Made by a program: the position numbers and the translations under genes. From assembly GCA_020348445.1 (NCBI GenBank), contig CP070751.1:2297406-2361405 (forward strand): DNA of 64,000 nucleotides, read 5' to 3'. Below are positions 58,783 through 64,000 of the stretch, piece after piece. Position 1 is the stretch's first letter; every line of letters begins with the position of its first letter. The notes beneath the pieces are model-generated. The model did no database searches. It saw only the letters and a list, made by a program, of their open reading frames with translations, and had not been told where the DNA came from. The DNA is from Thermoplasmata archaeon (lineage in GTDB: Archaea > Thermoplasmatota > Thermoplasmata > GCA-020350865).

Positions 58783-59336
58783 AAACTAGGAAAAAGGAAG
58801 ATGAAAACAAAACCAGAAAAGAGAATGAAGTGGAATTCGAAACCAAGATGTCAAGGGGCATATCCTGGTTTTACATCACAACCATGATACTCCTTGGTGT
58901 GTTGGGGGTAATTATTACTATTTTTACCCCTTTGAATACCATTGAAAAGATCCTATTGATTGGTCTTTTCGCCTGCATAGACCTTGTTCTCTACTACATG
59001 CTTGCAAGGGCAAAAAGGACATTGTATACTCTAAATCAACACGAAATTAAGATCTACGGGGCCATGGGAACAAAAACGATATCCTATGATCAGATAGAAT
59101 CCATTAAGGAAAGTGCGATACCGTGTGGACTTAGATTGTATGGGTCCTCCTTTTTGGGTGGTTGGTACTATCTTCCAGGCATTGGCAGAACCTGGGTGTC
59201 TATGACCAACTTTAAAGATGGAGTATTGATAACAGCGCAAGACAACAGGAAATATCTGATCACACCTAAAGAGCCACGAAGGTTCATCGAGATCATTGAA
59301 AACAAGATATCAGGAATGTCTTCTATGGAGGTGTAA
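58779..59336 (+). CDS. Membrane protein with bacterial PH-like domain
   Basis: SD GAGGTG; two TM then 'Y.L....I.I.G.....I.Y..I..I', 'RLYG..F.GG.Y', 'V.I.......Y.ITP.EP..F'. Confidence 0.8.
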   Translation: MKTRKKEDENKTRKENEVEFETKMSRGISWFYITTMILLGVLGVIITIFTPLNTIEKILLIGLFACIDLVLYYMLARAKRTLYTLNQHEIKIYGAMGTKTISYDQIESIKESAIPCGLRLYGSSFLGGWYYLPGIGRTWVSMTNFKDGVLITAQDNRKYLITPKEPRRFIEIIENKISGMSSMEV

Positions 59337-59339
59337 AGC

Positions 59340-60347
59340 ATGGAAAAAACAAAGTCTATGAGATTACCCAGTGTAAGTGAAAAGGAGCCCAATTACAACA
59401 ACAGCTCCCTTGTCATCCTCGATAAAATATCCAAAAGCTACAGGGGATACAAGGTTTTGAACAGTGTATCCTTTCATATCGATAAAGGGGATGTTATGGG
59501 CTACATCGGCCCAAACGGAGCTGGAAAGACCACCACCATAAGGATACTTGTGGGCCTTCTAAGAAAATTTGAGGGGAGGCTTCAAATCAAGGGTATCCCG
59601 GTGCCAGCCAGGATTGAAGAGTTAAACGGTATGATAGGTTATCTCCCACAGCATGTCTCATTCCAGAGGTGGCGCACAGTGGATCACGCCCTAAAAACCT
59701 TTGGGCGACTCTCGGGTCTTGACGAAGACATTCTGGAAGAGCGTATCAGAAAGGTGTTAAATCAGGTGCATCTATCTGATGTCAGGCATAAAAAGATCGT
59801 GCATCTATCTGGGGGTATGATACAGATACTTGGGCTGGCCCAGGCCATCCTCCACAATCCCAAGTTTCTTGTTCTTGATGAACCAATGGCCGGTCTTGAC
59901 CCTGAGAACAGATACAAGGTCAAACAAATAATCAGAGAACTGAACAGAAACGGAACCACGGTTCTATTTTCCTCTCATATCCTAAGTGATGTTCAAGACA
60001 TTACAACAAAAATCGCTGTACTAAACAGGGGTCAGATAATGCATATAGGATCCATGGATACACTTAGAACCAAGTTACATTCAACAAATGATATTGATAT
60101 CGTATTGTCAGGTAAATTCAAACAAACACAGGACCTAACGAAGATCGCGGGTGTAAAAGGTGTAGAATATCCTCAACCTAACAAACTGCTGATCCACTTA
60201 GAAGATCAAGTCAACTTGGATGAGGTGAGCCGAGATATTCAACGCCTTCTCATGGCTGATGGTTATTCAATACGCAGTTTTACACCTTATGTCCCAAATC
60301 TCGAAGAACTTTATATTAGATTCATCAATGGGGGTGGAAATCAATGA
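59340..60347 (+). CDS. ABC-2-type transporter ATP-binding subunit
   Basis: Walker A GPNGAGKTT, signature LSGGM, Walker B LVLDEP, H-loop SSH. Confidence 0.95.
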   Translation: MEKTKSMRLPSVSEKEPNYNNSSLVILDKISKSYRGYKVLNSVSFHIDKGDVMGYIGPNGAGKTTTIRILVGLLRKFEGRLQIKGIPVPARIEELNGMIGYLPQHVSFQRWRTVDHALKTFGRLSGLDEDILEERIRKVLNQVHLSDVRHKKIVHLSGGMIQILGLAQAILHNPKFLVLDEPMAGLDPENRYKVKQIIRELNRNGTTVLFSSHILSDVQDITTKIAVLNRGQIMHIGSMDTLRTKLHSTNDIDIVLSGKFKQTQDLTKIAGVKGVEYPQPNKLLIHLEDQVNLDEVSRDIQRLLMADGYSIRSFTPYVPNLEELYIRFINGGGNQ

Positions 60348-61084
60348 GCCTGAAGCTCCTTTTCAAGGACGAGTTAAAGGGATTCTACAAGTCCAACGTG
60401 ATGATGTTTCTCTGGATCGGATTACCTCTAGTGGTCATGTTATTTCATATTTTGACTCCCAACACCGGAGACATCCCCTTCTCCATCATGACGGCTTTGG
60501 TCGTATCCACCCTTGGCGGCACCCTGGCCGCAATCATGCTTGCGGTCTCAATAATCAATGAAAAGGAGGAACACGTCTACACCCTTTTCGTAGTAAGACC
60601 GATTAAAAGAAAGCATCTTTTACTTTCCAAGTTCCTTGCGGTCTACACATGCCTTGCCATTGCAACGGTTCTTGCCTTGATGCTAGGTCTGGCCCTGGAT
60701 TACTTCCTCGGAAGCCTGCCACCTGAAGGCCTGCTCAGCGACACACTTTTTGAATTTGCTCTGGCCTTGTCCATGATAGCGGTCTCAAGCGCAGTGGGTG
60801 TCTTTATAGGTGTAGTCTCCCCATCCGTGCTCGTGGGAGTTATACTGGTCATATATGTCGGCAACCAGCTTTCGGCCCTTCCTATGCTGTCTATTTCCAT
60901 GGAGCTCTCGATCTCTCCGTTATTACCCCAGGTACTTGGTTTCTTTGGGCTCTCGACTCCCTCGATGTTCTTGTGGGTCACCGAGATACCGGGTAGTATA
61001 CGATTCACTTTCTTTGTTGGAATGGTGCTTGTGGTGATTCTGCTTGCAGCCTCAATTGCCATCTTTCATAGAAAGGAACTGTGA
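60344..61084 (+). CDS. ABC-2-type transporter permease
   Basis: Six TM segments, 'I.NEKE...Y.L..VRPI.R..LLLSKF'; overlaps the ATPase stop. Confidence 0.9.
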   Translation: MSLKLLFKDELKGFYKSNVMMFLWIGLPLVVMLFHILTPNTGDIPFSIMTALVVSTLGGTLAAIMLAVSIINEKEEHVYTLFVVRPIKRKHLLLSKFLAVYTCLAIATVLALMLGLALDYFLGSLPPEGLLSDTLFEFALALSMIAVSSAVGVFIGVVSPSVLVGVILVIYVGNQLSALPMLSISMELSISPLLPQVLGFFGLSTPSMFLWVTEIPGSIRFTFFVGMVLVVILLAASIAIFHRKEL

Positions 61085-61104
61085 GATCCCTCTTGTGGGT
61101 TCAT

Positions 61105-61166
61105 GGAGGCTATTCCGGAAACCTATCCATCCCCCTCCCTCAGGGTAGCCTCCTTTTTTTTATTTT
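61105..61166 (+). terminator. Stem-loop plus T-run after the ABC operon
   Basis: GGAGGCTA (61105-12) and TAGCCTCC (61146-53) followed by TTTTTTTTATTTT. Confidence 0.55.
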
Positions 61167-61173
61167 CGAGATG

Positions 61174-61500
61174 TAACACTCATATCTCGTATACAATCTG
61201 CGGGTGTTAACGCTCGTATTTCGTATACGAAGTAACGCTCACAGTTCGTAAAGGATTTGGGGGTCAACGCTCATATTTCGTATACAATCTGCGGGAGTTA
61301 GCGCTCATATTTCGTATACGATCTATGAGAGTTGGGGAATCAGGACTCACTGAGCGATTTTCGAGCACTGACCATCTTCATTTCAAATCCCAGATAAGGG
61401 GGATTTTTGGTAGAGCAAAGGGGGTATATGTGGTGGAAAGTAGGGAGCTTTTTACGATCCGCGTGAGATGAGGGTGGTTTTGGGGTCCAAAAAGGGGAGG
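61174..61500 (+). repeat. Repeat B five-unit array (second copy) plus modules C and D
   Basis: Units start at 61174, 61208, 61233, 61265, 61299 (spacing 34, 25, 32, 34, identical to 46399-46524). Confidence 0.88.
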
Positions 61501-61709
61501 AGACGGGTTTTCTTTTACCTATCTGGGGGGTTGGTAGCTTATGTTCAATTTATCCAAGGTCCGGGTCTTTATGACTTCGTAAGATACAAAGCCTTAAATA
61601 GTTGTCAAAGGGAAGTTCCAATATTCTTAATATTGTTCGAATCCTATTTTAATCCATACCAAAGAAGCTTTAACAAGCTATCTATGGGAAATGATAGTGA
61701 GGAAATAAT

Positions 61710-63821
61710 ATGAACAAAAAAAACATATTTTTCGTGTGTGCTTTCACATTGATTGTTTTGGCTATTTTTATATTGCTGGAAAGTGATGATGTGAGAGCGG
61801 ATACTGACTGGCCCGAAGGACCGATTTCAAAAGATACTGTCTGGACCCAAAAGGACAGTCCGTATAATGTGGATGGATTGGTGACTGTTGAAAAGAATGT
61901 AAAGCTTACAGTGGAACCTGGAGTAGCGGTGCGTTTCAATTCCCAAAACGATATCAATTATGCAGACTACGGTATTGTCGTGCAAGGTGAGATGGACGCA
62001 AGCGGTGCTGCATTCACAAGACACCCTGACAATTCGTACGACGTAGCATGGGCCGGCATTACCTTCGAAGAATCAAAGAAAACCTCGGATGTGAACTTAT
62101 GCATAATTGAATATGCAGATTCCGGAGTGCACACATTAAAAGGCTCTTCGCTGGATTTTACTGACAGCGTAATCACTTGGGGAAAAAAGGGGATCTATGT
62201 GGAGGAATCATTCGGATTGGACCTCATTGGCCATGAGATCAGCCATGTCCAGCAAGGAATATATATTGTAGATTCCAATGATATTACAGTAAAGGACTCC
62301 ACTGTAAATGACTGCTTTGACGTTGGAATCCTGGTGGACTTGAGAACCAGCCAGTCTTACGACATCAACATACTCAACTGCGAAGTGAAGGCCAACGCGG
62401 TAACAGGTATAGAGCTTCGGTCCGTATACGATTCCGAGATATCGAACTGCGATATCAGCGAAAATATTGTCACAAACGTACTTTTGAACTCAAAAGGCAA
62501 GTTTACCTACACCCATGACGTGCTACTGTCCAATAACTTCATCAAATCATATGAAAGCACGTGGTACTTTACAAGCAACGGAATCGAGATATACGGAGGC
62601 TCGGATATTGAGGTTCTCCAATGCACAATCCTGGATAACAACATGTTCGGAATGTACGTATCCGATTGCGAGGTTACTGTATCGGAGTGCGAAATCGCAT
62701 ACAGCACCCACCACTACGGTCTTTTCTCCTGGAACACACAGCTGACCCTGAGAAACAACCACTTCCATGATAATTCCTACTCGGTATGGGCCGCAGGAGG
62801 AAGTGCAGTTTTCTCCTCGCATAATACTTTTAAATCGGATTTCACGGGAGTTACTGTCTACCACTCACGTTTATACATGGAGTTCGATACCTTAATCAAG
62901 ATACAACATGGTGTTTATGCTATGGAAGACTGCACTGCCAGGCTATTTGATTGTGATCTCAAAGGTTCAGAGATTTCGGGTATCGGCATCAGGTTATTCA
63001 ACGCAGAGAGCTTGCACATGACAGAATGCACAATATCCAGTTTCTTTTACGGTGTCCAGGCGGGAAATACCCCTGAGACCTTTATCAAGGACAATGTCTT
63101 TTTGCACAACCGCAACGTTGCAATCGCAGTGGGGACCAACTTCATGGATATAAGTGTTCACATCGAAAGCAATCTCGTGAACCAGGGTGGCGGCGGGATC
63201 TTCATAGGCGGTGGTTTGCGCGAAATCCATTGCAGAGGCGAGATCATAAAGGACAATATCTTCAACAACGTGGAATACGGAATATGGGTCAACCTTTGTG
63301 AAATCCCAATTGAGAATAACCAGGTGAACCACGCGTCAACGTACGGCATACATCTCAAGGTCTTCTCATCCCCCTTGATCAAGGAAAACACGGTGCGAAA
63401 CAGCAATATCGGGATCTTTGTTGAATGGTGGAGCGACCCGGAAATAAGGGAGAACACGGTGAAAAATTGCCTATGGGGAATCTATGTTACCTTTTATTCA
63501 GAGCCAACAATCATAGATAATGAAATCACAATAGGTGAGGTGGGGATTGCCTGCGATGTGCTCAGCTACATCGTGGTAAGAGAGAACTTCATAAGAGGAT
63601 TTCGGCAGTATGGGATAATAGTGTACTACGCTCATGCAGATATCTCAGATAATGTGGTGCGGGACTGCAGAGAAGGCATATACTTCTATTATTCAACCGG
63701 ATCCGTTACAGGAAATCTCATTACCCACACAGATTTTGGTGTAACTGTACATTCCTCCAAGGTGTCTGTCAAGGGTAATACTTTCCGCAAGAACAAGACC
63801 GACATAAGATATCTACCATGA
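61710..63821 (+). CDS. Secreted right-handed parallel beta-helix (NosD/pectin-lyase-like) protein
   Basis: Signal peptide; 'G.I..DT.WT...SPY.V.G.V.V....L.VEPGV.V.F', 'W.GI', many GI...S...I..N rungs; lacks the GWNLISIP module. Confidence 0.88.
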   Translation: MNKKNIFFVCAFTLIVLAIFILLESDDVRADTDWPEGPISKDTVWTQKDSPYNVDGLVTVEKNVKLTVEPGVAVRFNSQNDINYADYGIVVQGEMDASGAAFTRHPDNSYDVAWAGITFEESKKTSDVNLCIIEYADSGVHTLKGSSLDFTDSVITWGKKGIYVEESFGLDLIGHEISHVQQGIYIVDSNDITVKDSTVNDCFDVGILVDLRTSQSYDINILNCEVKANAVTGIELRSVYDSEISNCDISENIVTNVLLNSKGKFTYTHDVLLSNNFIKSYESTWYFTSNGIEIYGGSDIEVLQCTILDNNMFGMYVSDCEVTVSECEIAYSTHHYGLFSWNTQLTLRNNHFHDNSYSVWAAGGSAVFSSHNTFKSDFTGVTVYHSRLYMEFDTLIKIQHGVYAMEDCTARLFDCDLKGSEISGIGIRLFNAESLHMTECTISSFFYGVQAGNTPETFIKDNVFLHNRNVAIAVGTNFMDISVHIESNLVNQGGGGIFIGGGLREIHCRGEIIKDNIFNNVEYGIWVNLCEIPIENNQVNHASTYGIHLKVFSSPLIKENTVRNSNIGIFVEWWSDPEIRENTVKNCLWGIYVTFYSEPTIIDNEITIGEVGIACDVLSYIVVRENFIRGFRQYGIIVYYAHADISDNVVRDCREGIYFYYSTGSVTGNLITHTDFGVTVHSSKVSVKGNTFRKNKTDIRYLP

Positions 63822-63882
63822 AGTACAAGAACGTGTGATTAAGATAACCCCCTGATGCCTCAGGATACATACTACAAACCCC

Positions 63883-63997
63883 CGCCTCGTGGGCCATGAA
63901 TGTGTAAAGTAAACAGACATCGGTAACATTCTTTTTCATTTTAACCCGTTAGGGTCTGAGGAATCGGGATGGGATGCTTAGACCCCGAAACGAGGCG
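63883..63997 (+). ncRNA. Candidate three-way-junction structured RNA, family not recognised
   Basis: CGCCTCGT/ACGAGGCG (63883-90/63990-97), GAATGT/ACATTC (63898-903/63926-31), GGGTCTGAG/CTTAGACCC (63952-60/63977-85). Confidence 0.3.
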
Positions 63998-64000
63998 ATT

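Noticed and set aside
61468-61713. Track ORFs starting within repeat modules (61468-61713, 48791-49021, 48879-49070, 29335-29526)
   Set aside because: They translate G-rich or repeat DNA into Gly/Arg-rich sequence with no SD or family signal.
63883-63997. Hammerhead ribozyme
   Set aside because: The cleavage triplet would be GUG rather than NUH, stem I does not pair, and CTGAGG is itself tied up in a stem.

Overview
Archaeal-looking DNA: GGAGG/GGTGA Shine-Dalgarno motifs, TATA-box promoters with probably leaderless genes, and a gene content typical of uncultured sediment Thermoplasmata-like genomes (the taxonomy is inference). No rRNA, tRNA, CRISPR, integrase or transposase was recognised. 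The left half (1-41 kb) is mostly large secreted or surface proteins: a >2170-aa beta-helix/LamG protein missing from the ORF track, two SBBP beta-propellers, two gingipain-like C25 peptidases, a double purple acid phosphatase fused to GH135, a hydrolase, an FG-GAP/TSP3 protein and an M28 peptidase. Six secreted proteins share one unnamed ~160-aa 'GWNLISIP...GYYIH...W' module. The most striking structure is a dispersed, G-rich ~80-90-bp intergenic repeat (core GGGCGCGCAAA[AAG/TTC]GGGCGTGTCGGTGGA...AGGGGAAACGGTGGAGGTTGGTTACGAG). It has about 11 clear copies plus several degenerate ones, all on the + strand. Between ~41.5 and 57 kb it separates nearly every gene or gene pair (four toxin-antitoxin pairs, Fic/Doc, MaoC, NosD proteins) regardless of gene orientation. 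The copies are recombinant mosaics, and one sensor gene is truncated next to a copy. This resembles an integron-like cassette array built on a non-attC site. Two ORF-track strand labels are wrong (14722-14913 and 34725-36047 are on the minus strand).
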